Shown one piece after another: positions 9,596 to 17,823 of a DNA stretch of 64,000 nucleotides. Source of the stretch: a virus (lineage: Duplodnaviria > Caudoviricetes); IMG/VR virus record IMGVR_UViG_2643221568_000002, positions 12,333-76,332 of that record. The stretch is one strand, 5' to 3'. Positions within the stretch are counted from its first letter, which is position 1, and each line of letters begins with the position of its first letter. Made by a program: the position numbers and the translations under genes. The notes below the pieces were generated by a model that was given only the letters and a program-made list of their open reading frames with translations, was not told the origin of the DNA and did not search any database.

Positions 9596-10018
9596 ATGGC
9601 AGTAGATTTGGACCTCAATAAGCGTCTCTGGACTTTCCGGAAAGACGGCCTTATGGCTATCGGTACTTGGATACGGATGGATGATCGATTCCGCCCGTGT
9701 ATGGTTCTTATTCCAGCGGACAGGGAATATGACGACAGGCTGACGCCGTGCGTGGTCACTATGGACCGAGCATGGATCTGGTCAGAGGAAGTCGGCGACC
9801 CTGCCCAAGCCGCACACGCGGCATTCCAGTTCGCAAACACCCTTGGCCTCTCCACAGACCGTCGCACCGTGATCCGGCTGGCAATGTTCATTGCCGACCA
9901 CTTGGGCGACCTCCTGTCTATCCCCCCTTACACGCCAGATGATCAGCAGACCGTGGCCGAAGTCACCATGCGTGACCCCACCTCCGGGCGCACGATCGAA
10001 GCCGAAATAAGGGAATAG
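9596..10018 (+). CDS. Hypothetical phage protein between terminase and portal
   Basis: 140-aa ORF with AAGG RBS in the packaging operon. Confidence 0.7.
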   Translation: MAVDLDLNKRLWTFRKDGLMAIGTWIRMDDRFRPCMVLIPADREYDDRLTPCVVTMDRAWIWSEEVGDPAQAAHAAFQFANTLGLSTDRRTVIRLAMFIADHLGDLLSIPPYTPDDQQTVAEVTMRDPTSGRTIEAEIRE

Positions 10019-10019
10019 A

Positions 10020-12239
10020 ATGTTTTCACTCGACGCTGACGATGGATCGGTGCGGAAGAAGCGGTACGAATCGCCAATCCCGGCAGACACGCCAGCGTCG
10101 AAAAGGCCACAGACGGGCAACGCGCTCGACAATGGCAAGAATACCCAGCTGCACAAGCGGCTTCTCGGCTTCTATACCCGAGAGCTGGACCGCCAGGCTG
10201 AAAACCGCCGCGACATGGCGATCGATGCGGACTTCTACGATAACATCCAGTGGACAGAGGAGCAGGCAGCGGTTCTTCAAGAGCGCGGCCAGTCGCCTCT
10301 CGTATTCAACGTCACCGCCACCACCGTCGATTGGGTGATCGGTACCGAAAAGCGCGCGCGCACCGACTTCAAGGTGCTGCCTCGCCGTAAAGAAGACGGC
10401 AAGCCTGCGCAGCGCAAATCCGAGCTGCTGAAGTATTTGGGCGACGTGAACCGCAGTGGGTTCCACGTCAGCCGTGGATTCGAGGACGCTGCCAAGGTCG
10501 GCGTTGGCTGGATGGAGGACGGGTACCAAGGCGATGACGAGGGTGAGCCACTGTTCTCTCGCTACGAATCGTGGCGCAACATGCTCTGGGACAGCGCGGC
10601 AACTGAGTACGACCTGTCAGACGGTCGTTACGTCATGCGCTCCAAGTGGCTCGATCTCGACGTCGCCCAAGCAATGTTCCCTAAGCGCAAGTCGCTTTTG
10701 ACGCGCAGCGTAGACGACGCTGACAATTTCGCGATGATCGACGGCTATGGCGATGAAGCCATGGACGGCCCAGAATTGGAAAATCAGGGCAGGGGCGATG
10801 GCACCTTTATTTCCGACCGAGTGACAGGGTATCAGAGACACCGCGTCAGAGTGATCGAGTGCTGGTTCAAAATGCCCGTGCAAACCGAAAAGATTTCGGG
10901 TGGCACGTTCGCCGGCGACATCTACGACGATATGTCGCCCGGACATCTCTCTGCAATCGAGGAAGGCGACGGCGAAATCGTCAAGAAGGCCACGATGCGC
11001 ATGTATGTTGCGCTGTTCACCACAGCGGGCATGCTCTGGCTTTCGCCGTCTATATACCGCCATAACCGCTACCCCTTCACGCCGATCTGGAACAAGCGCC
11101 GCGATCGCGATGGCATGCCTTACGGCCTGGTGCGCAACATCCGCGACATCCAGAGCGACATCAACAAGCGCGCATCGAAGGCCCTGCATATCCTCTCGAC
11201 GAACAAGGTCGTGATGGACAAGGGCGCAGTCGATGACATCGACGAACTTCGGGAAGAGATCGCCCAGCCCGATGCGATTATCGAGGTGAACGTTGGCAAA
11301 AGCTTCAAGTTCGACGTCGATCGAGAACTGAGCCAGTGGCACCTCGAGATGATGTCTCGCGACATCCAGATGGTGCAGCAGGTCGGCGGTGTGACCGACG
11401 AGAACCTTGGGCGCAGCACCAACGCCGTGTCGGGTATCGCCATTCAGGCCCGTCAGGAGCAGGGCGCGCTTGCAACGGCCAAACTGTTCGATAACCACCG
11501 GTTTGCCCAACAGGTGCGCGGCGAGAAGATCCTCGCCAACATCGAGCAGTTCATGTCGGAAGAGAAACAGTTCCGCATCACCAACATGCGCGGCAATCCG
11601 GAATACGTGACCGTCAACGATGGTCTCCCCGAGAACAACATCGTCCGCACCAAGGCAGACTACATCATCGACGAACAGGACTGGCGCGCAACGGTCCGTC
11701 AGGCCCAGGTCGCCGAGCTGCTCGACCTCCTCGGCAAGCTTGCGCCGGTCAACCCCCAAATCGCGATCGTGCTCCTCGATCTGGTCGTCGAGGCGATGGA
11801 CATCCCGCAGCGCGAGGAAATCGTGAAGCGCATCCGTCAGGTCACGAACATGAAGGACCCTGATGCCGAAGATCAGCCGCCGACACCGGAAGAGGAGGCA
11901 CAGGCGCAGGCTACAGCACAGCAACAGAAGCTCGCGCTTGAAACAGCAATGGCGCAGCTGCGCAAGATCCAGTCTGAGGCTTCACGCAACGAAGCTCACG
12001 CCTCCGACATCAAGGCGAAGACGGTTGCGGCCAACGTTGGCGCGCAGAAGTCGGCGCTCGAGGCAGCCAGCGCTGTGATCGTTGCGCCAGGCATTGCCGA
12101 TATCGGCGACGTCATCTTGCACGAATCCGGTTTCGTCTCTCGCTCTGAGGGCGAGAAGGACATGCAGCAGCAGCAAGCAGCTCAACAACCACCACAACAG
12201 CAACAGCAGGACGCCATGGCTATCGGCCTCGGCGCATAA
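10020..12239 (+). CDS. Portal protein (P22-like, podovirus)
   Basis: DFYDNIQW...PYGLVRNIRDIQSDINKR...SGIAIQARQEQG; 739 aa with a Gln-rich helical C-terminus. Confidence 0.9.
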   Translation: MFSLDADDGSVRKKRYESPIPADTPASKRPQTGNALDNGKNTQLHKRLLGFYTRELDRQAENRRDMAIDADFYDNIQWTEEQAAVLQERGQSPLVFNVTATTVDWVIGTEKRARTDFKVLPRRKEDGKPAQRKSELLKYLGDVNRSGFHVSRGFEDAAKVGVGWMEDGYQGDDEGEPLFSRYESWRNMLWDSAATEYDLSDGRYVMRSKWLDLDVAQAMFPKRKSLLTRSVDDADNFAMIDGYGDEAMDGPELENQGRGDGTFISDRVTGYQRHRVRVIECWFKMPVQTEKISGGTFAGDIYDDMSPGHLSAIEEGDGEIVKKATMRMYVALFTTAGMLWLSPSIYRHNRYPFTPIWNKRRDRDGMPYGLVRNIRDIQSDINKRASKALHILSTNKVVMDKGAVDDIDELREEIAQPDAIIEVNVGKSFKFDVDRELSQWHLEMMSRDIQMVQQVGGVTDENLGRSTNAVSGIAIQARQEQGALATAKLFDNHRFAQQVRGEKILANIEQFMSEEKQFRITNMRGNPEYVTVNDGLPENNIVRTKADYIIDEQDWRATVRQAQVAELLDLLGKLAPVNPQIAIVLLDLVVEAMDIPQREEIVKRIRQVTNMKDPDAEDQPPTPEEEAQAQATAQQQKLALETAMAQLRKIQSEASRNEAHASDIKAKTVAANVGAQKSALEAASAVIVAPGIADIGDVILHESGFVSRSEGEKDMQQQQAAQQPPQQQQQDAMAIGLGA

Positions 12240-12250
12240 GGAGCTTTCCC

Positions 12251-13219
12251 ATGGTTGGCAAACCAAATGCCGCAGAACTGGACATGCTTACCGACGAAGA
12301 GCGCGAAGGCTTGCTCGACGAAGACACCATCGACGAGGGCCTTGAAGAAGAGGGCGACGGAGACGGAGACGGCGAAGGTGATGCCAACACGGATGCTGGG
12401 AACGGTACCGACAAGGAGCAGGACAAAGCCGGCGACGGTGATGGTGAAGGCGAAGGCGATGGCGATGGTGACGATAACACCGACGCCGCCAAGGCCGCAG
12501 CAGATGCCGCAGCGGCGGCTGAAGCGGCAGCGGCAGCCGCCGCAGCTGCATCGCAGGATGCCGAGCAGAAGAACGTAGCACAGGAACCGCAGGAGCGTGC
12601 ACCCTCTTGGCGCATCGATCCAGCGGTACCGGACAAGATTACAGAGCTGGACAAGCAGCGTGACGAGATTGTCGCGAAGTTCGACGACGGCGAAATGACT
12701 GGCGCCGAGATGCGGGCCCAGCTGAAGCCAATCGAAACGGAGATCCGGCAGCTCGAGACGAAAGTCATGGCGGCCGACATCGCCAAGGCGAACGCGATCG
12801 ACCAATACCGCGACGTCACCATCCCGAATTTCATGTCTGCGCATACCGAGTATCAGCCTGGGACGATCTTGCACACGATGCTCGACGCAGAGGTTCGCCG
12901 CCTGCAGCAGACCGCCACAAACCCGCTGAGCCCGAAGATCCTCGAGCAGGCGCACACGAATCTCTCGTCGCAGGTCGAGAAAGCCTACGGCGTGAAGAAG
13001 GCGGCTCCTAAACAGGACACGCCGAAACCAAACGCAAGCGGAACAGGTCGTCAGGTGCCGCCGACGCTGGGCACCGTGCCGGCAGCGGATGCCAATGACG
13101 CAGACGACGGCGGCGAGTTCGCCTGGCTGGACCGTCTCGCAAACTCTGATGTCGAGAAATACGAAACCGAACTCGCGAAACTCTCAGATGAGAAACGCGA
13201 GCGATACATGGCTGAATAG
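12251..13219 (+). CDS. Probable capsid scaffolding protein
   Basis: Very acidic, low-complexity, helical protein following the portal; AAGGAG RBS. Confidence 0.65.
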   Translation: MVGKPNAAELDMLTDEEREGLLDEDTIDEGLEEEGDGDGDGEGDANTDAGNGTDKEQDKAGDGDGEGEGDGDGDDNTDAAKAAADAAAAAEAAAAAAAAASQDAEQKNVAQEPQERAPSWRIDPAVPDKITELDKQRDEIVAKFDDGEMTGAEMRAQLKPIETEIRQLETKVMAADIAKANAIDQYRDVTIPNFMSAHTEYQPGTILHTMLDAEVRRLQQTATNPLSPKILEQAHTNLSSQVEKAYGVKKAAPKQDTPKPNASGTGRQVPPTLGTVPAADANDADDGGEFAWLDRLANSDVEKYETELAKLSDEKRERYMAE

Positions 13220-13227
13220 GAGCCTGA

Positions 13228-13416
13228 ATGTTGCGACTTGCCGTGAAGCTGGGGGACGCGGTGCGGATCGAAGGTTTTGGCCTGATCCACGTCGAAGAGA
13301 AGTCGGGGCGCAGCGTGCGCCTCGGCTTCGAAACGGATCAAGGTCCGATCACGATTATCAAGCGGGAAGACACTGAGGCCGCACTCACGCGGCGTCAGCA
13401 GCACATGGTTTACTAG
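13228..13416 (+). CDS. csrA: CsrA/RsmA-like RNA-binding protein (divergent)
   Basis: MLRLAVKLGDAVRIEG...VEEKSGRSVRLGF...ITIIKRED aligns by eye with CsrA MLILTRRVGETLMIG...VKGNQVRIGV...VSVHREE; 62 aa; AGGAG RBS. Confidence 0.7.
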   Translation: MLRLAVKLGDAVRIEGFGLIHVEEKSGRSVRLGFETDQGPITIIKREDTEAALTRRQQHMVY

Positions 13417-13709
13417 GGCGCGCCGCTAAGGTGCGCTTTGCACTTTTCCCAAAATTCTTCGCATTTCTGGGTGGCGATGCGGGCGTTCGCTACCCATCCT
13501 GTGTTAGGGAGCGGCGGCGAACCACGGAACGGTTTTGGGTACCATCCAGACCACTGCCATTTGCCTTTTGTCAGGCCGTGCATTTCCTTCCTGATGCGGC
13601 CCAGCGCGGATTCGCCGTCGTAGCCAGTCCAATCATAATCGGTCGGCGGGTCGCTTGCGTCTATCTGCGTTCGGCGCCACTGGTATTTGGGCTGATACTT
13701 GGTCGTCAT
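13413..13709 (-). CDS. Hypothetical Trp-rich protein (moron-like, convergent with the csrA-like gene)
   Basis: 98-aa ORF MTTKYQPKYQWRRT...GRIRKE...WQWSG with protein-like composition, filling an intergenic gap. Confidence 0.7.
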   Translation of the reverse strand: MTTKYQPKYQWRRTQIDASDPPTDYDWTGYDGESALGRIRKEMHGLTKGKWQWSGWYPKPFRGSPPLPNTGWVANARIATQKCEEFWEKCKAHLSGAP

Positions 13710-13743
13710 GTGAAACCCTTGATATATTCCAAGAACACCGCCG

Positions 13744-13772
13744 TTGATCGCCTTCGTCTAAGCTGGTATCAA
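13744..13772 (+). promoter_or_regulatory. Putative sigma70 promoter
   Basis: TTGATC-N17-TATCAA upstream of leader element copy 1. Confidence 0.45.
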
Positions 13773-13789
13773 ATCGAGATGTAAACTCG

Positions 13790-13822
13790 GCGCATGAGTG
13801 CCCTCGCAAGGATAACGCGATG
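13790..13822 (+). promoter_or_regulatory. Late-gene leader element copy 1 (GCGCATGAGTGC plus RBS-pairing hairpin)
   Basis: GCGCATGAGTGC at 13790-13801; CCT/AGG and CAT/ATG pairing with the RBS and start 13820; weakest stem of the five copies. Confidence 0.7.
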
Positions 13823-14134
13823 GCTCTCCCCTCTGTTCACATCATTTGCGGCTTTGCAGGCGGCGACGGCAACCAGCCGACGTCGAAGCAGGCGCTTCTG
13901 CGGCTCCCTCAGTGGTCGGAGGAGCCCGCCACCGGCGTGCCGACGACGAACGGCGCAGCTGATAACGGCGCGATGAAGCCGATCCTCCGCATCACCAACA
14001 CCGTGGACATCTACCTGAGTGTCGGAAAAGCGCCGAATCCGGCGATAAGCCCGCGTTTCGCACTTCGTGCGGTCGATGCCCCGCATGACATTTACGTCGA
14101 GCCCGGCGACAAGGCGGCTTGGGTGGCCGCGTAA
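13820..14134 (+). CDS. Small putative virion protein
   Basis: 104-aa beta-rich ORF with AAGGA RBS; coupled to the downstream spike gene. Confidence 0.65.
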   Translation: MALPSVHIICGFAGGDGNQPTSKQALLRLPQWSEEPATGVPTTNGAADNGAMKPILRITNTVDIYLSVGKAPNPAISPRFALRAVDAPHDIYVEPGDKAAWVAA

Positions 14135-16398
14135 TGGTCGGGCTGCGCCGGGCTCTTGGTCCACTTACTCTTCCCAGATCGTTGAGGAACCTTGCAAAGG
14201 GTAGGAGCAGGGCCAAACAAGTCGATTTGCCAGTCATCACCGCTGATCTCGTTGTTTACGGCGCGAACATCGGCGGCGAGTTTGGGAGCATCAAATTCGA
14301 TCGGCTTGCTCAAGCCGCGGCTATGGGCGTCAAGGTCGTAATCATCAACGACATGCCGGTCGATCGTGCCCATGGCATGATGATGGCGATCCTCAACTTC
14401 GATACTGACATAGCGCGCGGCAAAGGTGTCCAGCGCGGCATAGGCAATGAACTTTTTCGGCGACTTGCAAACCTGTATTTGAGCGGCGGCCTGGCACAAG
14501 AAACATTCCTCGCATCATCGAATTATGGTTCTCGGCCCGACTTCATCAAGCCGACGCTTGATGCAATGATGGCAGAACACCCGAACATCACCTTCTATCA
14601 TGATGAGCCACTCGTATCCGTTCAGAAGAGTGGCACACGCATTACCAGCCTCAGAACCGCTAAGCGAGAATACCGGGCGACCACCTACATCGACAATCAC
14701 TACTGCCTTGATCTTGCACCAGCAGCTGGGTGCGACACCTTTATTGGCCGCGAGTCGTCGGCTGAGTTTGGTGAAAGCAACGCGGGCATACGGCCCCCAA
14801 CCAACGCATTCTCCGTCAACATCAGCCCCTACAACATCCCCGGCAACCCGGCCAGCGGGCTCCTTTACGGCATTCGTGACGAGGCATATGGCAATGTCGG
14901 CGACGCCTCTCTCGATGTCCAGGCTATGGCCTATAGGCAATGGGATTATGCTGCTGCGAATACCCAAAGCCCAATGCCAGTCGGTTACGATGCTTCGCGA
15001 TACACTCTCGCCAAACGCAACATTCTAGCACGTGGGCTCACCTCTTTTGCCCAAGTCGTCACGCTCTATGTCGTTCGTCATGGCAACGACGTAAACTCGA
15101 ATGGCGGCAGTTCTGGCGTTGGACAGGCATTCAATTTCACCGGCCCAGAAATCCGCGAGTACATCACCGCCACACCAGCACGCCGTAAGGAAATCGAAAA
15201 GCTCGTAATGGAGTGGTGGCTTGGCTACCTCTATTTCCTGCGCACGGATACCGACCTGCCATCCGCCATTCGCACGGGTGCCGCGGCGGTAAGGGTCATG
15301 AACACCTCGATTTGGCCTAACACGCCAGACTATCCAGGGTTCAACCCTAATTTCTATGTGAGGCAGGGACGGTTGCTGCGCGGCGACAAAGTTTTAACGC
15401 AGCAAGACGTTGTGAACGCTCGACCGGCATGGCCGACACCTGATCCATACGAAGCAATTCAAATTGGACGCATTACCTATGCCGGAGACCGCCACTGGTC
15501 TCGCACGCTGGTGGTGGACGATGCAACCGCAGTCGACGGCAAGCGTGTGGTAAACGAGGGCGGCATGGCCATCGCCACTCGGGTGGGAGAACCGATCCCA
15601 GCATGGGTCTTGTGGCCCAAGAAGAGCCAGTGTTCCAACCTCCTGAGCACGTTCGGAATCAGCGCGTCGGCCATAGCGCATGGATCCACCCGCATGGAAG
15701 GCCTCTCCATGCACTTCGGTGAAGCTTGTGCGGTCCTGGCTTTTATGCAGATCAAAAACCCGAGCCTGGACATTCAAGATATTCTCGGCAGTTTCGATGC
15801 CAACGGAAACTACATCATCAACGAGGCTCGTGTTGCAGAGTTTCGGAAGCTGCTGGACTTCTGGAACGTCTACGACACCAATGGGGGCGCTGTCGTTCCT
15901 GTCCCGTCAACCTATCCTTCGCCAAATGTGCCGCCGAACGTCAACGGTGGCACAGTCACAAGCACCGGGACGTGGACGACGCCGTCTGGCGCGCCGCAGT
16001 TCACTATCCCGTTCGGCTCTGCCGTTGGGCAGGCGGGGGCAACAAAGCGCTTCCAGCCGAAGCTAGAACAGACCGGTGTTTACGAGGTCCGTCTAAGTTG
16101 GGCGGTATTCACGGGCAATGCCAGAAACACAGCGACGATAGTCCGCGTGGTTCACGCCGGAGGCACATTCTCAACAACAAAGAACCAGAACGCTGGGAGC
16201 ATCGATACGGGTGATTGGGGCTATGTCGGCCCGCGCCCGACGACAGGAACGGCTGCTGAACGTGACGCTGGCGAGATTGCCGCGTCTCGCTTCACCTTCA
16301 ATGCCGGCGATCCGAGCGAACACTACGTCGAGATCGAAGTGCCATCGTCAGGGGGGACAGGAACTATCGCAGCGGTCAAGTTCATCAAAGTCGCATGA
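14134..16398 (+). CDS. Putative tailspike/appendage: FAD-dependent oxidoreductase-like domain plus Golvesin/xanthan-lyase-type C-terminal carbohydrate-binding domain
   Basis: ADLVVYG, TFIGRESSAEFGES, FYVRQGRLLRGD, ISASAIAHGSTRME match the FAD_oxidored family; C-terminal FQPKLEQTGVYEVRLSW...VVHAGG...NQ...FTFNAG is Golvesin-like. Confidence 0.65.
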   Translation: MVGLRRALGPLTLPRSLRNLAKGRSRAKQVDLPVITADLVVYGANIGGEFGSIKFDRLAQAAAMGVKVVIINDMPVDRAHGMMMAILNFDTDIARGKGVQRGIGNELFRRLANLYLSGGLAQETFLASSNYGSRPDFIKPTLDAMMAEHPNITFYHDEPLVSVQKSGTRITSLRTAKREYRATTYIDNHYCLDLAPAAGCDTFIGRESSAEFGESNAGIRPPTNAFSVNISPYNIPGNPASGLLYGIRDEAYGNVGDASLDVQAMAYRQWDYAAANTQSPMPVGYDASRYTLAKRNILARGLTSFAQVVTLYVVRHGNDVNSNGGSSGVGQAFNFTGPEIREYITATPARRKEIEKLVMEWWLGYLYFLRTDTDLPSAIRTGAAAVRVMNTSIWPNTPDYPGFNPNFYVRQGRLLRGDKVLTQQDVVNARPAWPTPDPYEAIQIGRITYAGDRHWSRTLVVDDATAVDGKRVVNEGGMAIATRVGEPIPAWVLWPKKSQCSNLLSTFGISASAIAHGSTRMEGLSMHFGEACAVLAFMQIKNPSLDIQDILGSFDANGNYIINEARVAEFRKLLDFWNVYDTNGGAVVPVPSTYPSPNVPPNVNGGTVTSTGTWTTPSGAPQFTIPFGSAVGQAGATKRFQPKLEQTGVYEVRLSWAVFTGNARNTATIVRVVHAGGTFSTTKNQNAGSIDTGDWGYVGPRPTTGTAAERDAGEIAASRFTFNAGDPSEHYVEIEVPSSGGTGTIAAVKFIKVA

Positions 16399-16566
16399 AC
16401 CTCACTAATCTCACCTAGTTTGCCTCGCTCACCTTGAGACTTGCGGGGTTTACTTTTGCTAACCAGTATCGAAATCAGGACGCATAAAGTATTATTTCCG
16501 GCCCAATAGACTAGACAGGAACTGACCAATCTAGCAGTGTAGCTCCCGATTATATAGCTGGGGACT

Positions 16567-17610
16567 TTGTCGGTGGGGGAAACTCAAAAGAAGAGGTTGG
16601 ATTGGGTGGATGCTGCTAAGGGCATATCCATCCTCCTTGTAGCGCTCTACCACATAGGTCTCTATTTAGAACATGCGGCGTTCAGCGCACGCACCATCGT
16701 GGCCATTAATACGCTTCTTCTTCCAATACGCATGCCGGTATTTTTTGTTGCATCGGGGTTTTTCGCACGATCAGCAATCGATAAGGACTGGAGCTTCGTG
16801 GTGAAGCATAGGATAGCCTTCTACTTCTATCTTTTCCTTATCTGGTCTGTAATACGATTTGCTTTCTTTGGAGTTGTCCCTAACCCGCGGAACCTCAGTG
16901 AAGGAACCGACATCTTATGGTTGGTCCAATCGTTCTTCAGCCCAAGCACAGGAGCATGGTTTCTATGGGCATTAGGGTTCTTTTTTCTGATTGCAAAACT
17001 GCTGCGCACGATAGACCATCGATATGTTCTTGTCGCGGCCGCTCTTGTGTCCGTTTTGGGTTACTCCGGGACATTGCATATCCCTTTCACTCATGAGAAT
17101 TTGTTCAAGTACTTCTTCTTCTTTTATGGCGCATGCTTTTACCGAGAAACGTTTGAACGCATGCAGAAAAATCCTTCTTTGTTAATAATTTTGGGCGGCT
17201 GCTTGTTTGTCGTTCTCAGTCTTTTGGCTTATAAATCGCAGTTGTCTTGGATAGATGGTCCTTCCCTCTTTCTAGCTGCCGTCGCAGCCGTCTTTGCGGT
17301 CTCATCCATTTGCGTCCTCGCACAAGGTACCTCTATAAGCCGAGCTTTCGCTTTCCTTGGCACCCACACGCTGCCAATCTATGTCATCCACGTGATGGTC
17401 GTGGTGGCGTGCATTAGCATAGCTGTAGCTGTTGAGTGGCCACGTTCAGAGATAGCGACGATAACCCTCTGCTGTTTAACTCTGTTGATCGCAATAGGCA
17501 CCCCTCTCATGCTCGAGCGACTGATGAACTTCATCGGAATATCGAGCGTGCTGTTTAGGCTTCCTTCAAGCCGAAAAATGGCGGCGTCCAGCCAGATGCG
17601 CCAAGCGTGA
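16567..17610 (+). CDS. Acyltransferase-3 family membrane O-acyltransferase (lysogenic conversion moron)
   Basis: RLDWVDAAKGISILLVALYH, RMPVFFVASG, WFLWAL, LGTHTLPIYVIH; many hydrophobic segments; visibly lower GC. Confidence 0.9.
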   Translation: MSVGETQKKRLDWVDAAKGISILLVALYHIGLYLEHAAFSARTIVAINTLLLPIRMPVFFVASGFFARSAIDKDWSFVVKHRIAFYFYLFLIWSVIRFAFFGVVPNPRNLSEGTDILWLVQSFFSPSTGAWFLWALGFFFLIAKLLRTIDHRYVLVAAALVSVLGYSGTLHIPFTHENLFKYFFFFYGACFYRETFERMQKNPSLLIILGGCLFVVLSLLAYKSQLSWIDGPSLFLAAVAAVFAVSSICVLAQGTSISRAFAFLGTHTLPIYVIHVMVVVACISIAVAVEWPRSEIATITLCCLTLLIAIGTPLMLERLMNFIGISSVLFRLPSSRKMAASSQMRQA

Positions 17611-17631
17611 GGTAACTGCTTTTCCTACGTC

Positions 17632-17657
17632 AAGGCTCGATTCGGTGGCCTTTTTTT
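17632..17657 (+). terminator. Rho-independent terminator after the acyltransferase
   Basis: AAGGCT...GGCCTT stem followed by a T-run. Confidence 0.55.
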
Positions 17658-17784
17658 ATACCCGCCCCATGGATCGCTGGTTGGCAACAGATCGGGGGCG
17701 CTCGAGCGACCACAAGCGGGCAGAACGGAATGTCACGTCCTTCCATTTCAACGTAACGCAATCTATAACCGGAGCATCACGCCC

Positions 17785-17823
17785 GCGCATGAGTGCGGCT
17801 TCTCGATAGGAGCCCACGCATGC
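17785..17823 (+). promoter_or_regulatory. Late-gene leader element copy 2 (darB-like leader)
   Basis: GCGCATGAGTGC at 17785-17796; GCATG-A-GTG-C-GGCTTCT-cgat-AGGAGCC-CAC-G-CATGC buries AGGAG and ATG 17820; TATAAC at 17764. Confidence 0.8.

Noticed and set aside
10617-11924. Long antisense ORFs (here, also 31398-32426 and 42195-43466)
   Set aside because: Mirror-frame shadows of high-GC genes; no RBS or recognisable motifs
12231-12253. GGCGCATAAGGAG as a sixth leader element
   Set aside because: Explained by the portal stop codon plus the scaffold RBS; lacks the GAGTGC half
12350-12550. GD/GE and poly-Ala repeats in the scaffold gene (and poly-Gln at the portal end)
   Set aside because: Imperfect coding low-complexity runs typical of scaffold and portal proteins
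17793-17819. ORF-track GTG starts at 17793, 43493 and 43581
   Set aside because: These GTGs lie inside the leader element; RBS-backed ATGs are at 17820, 43460 and 43608
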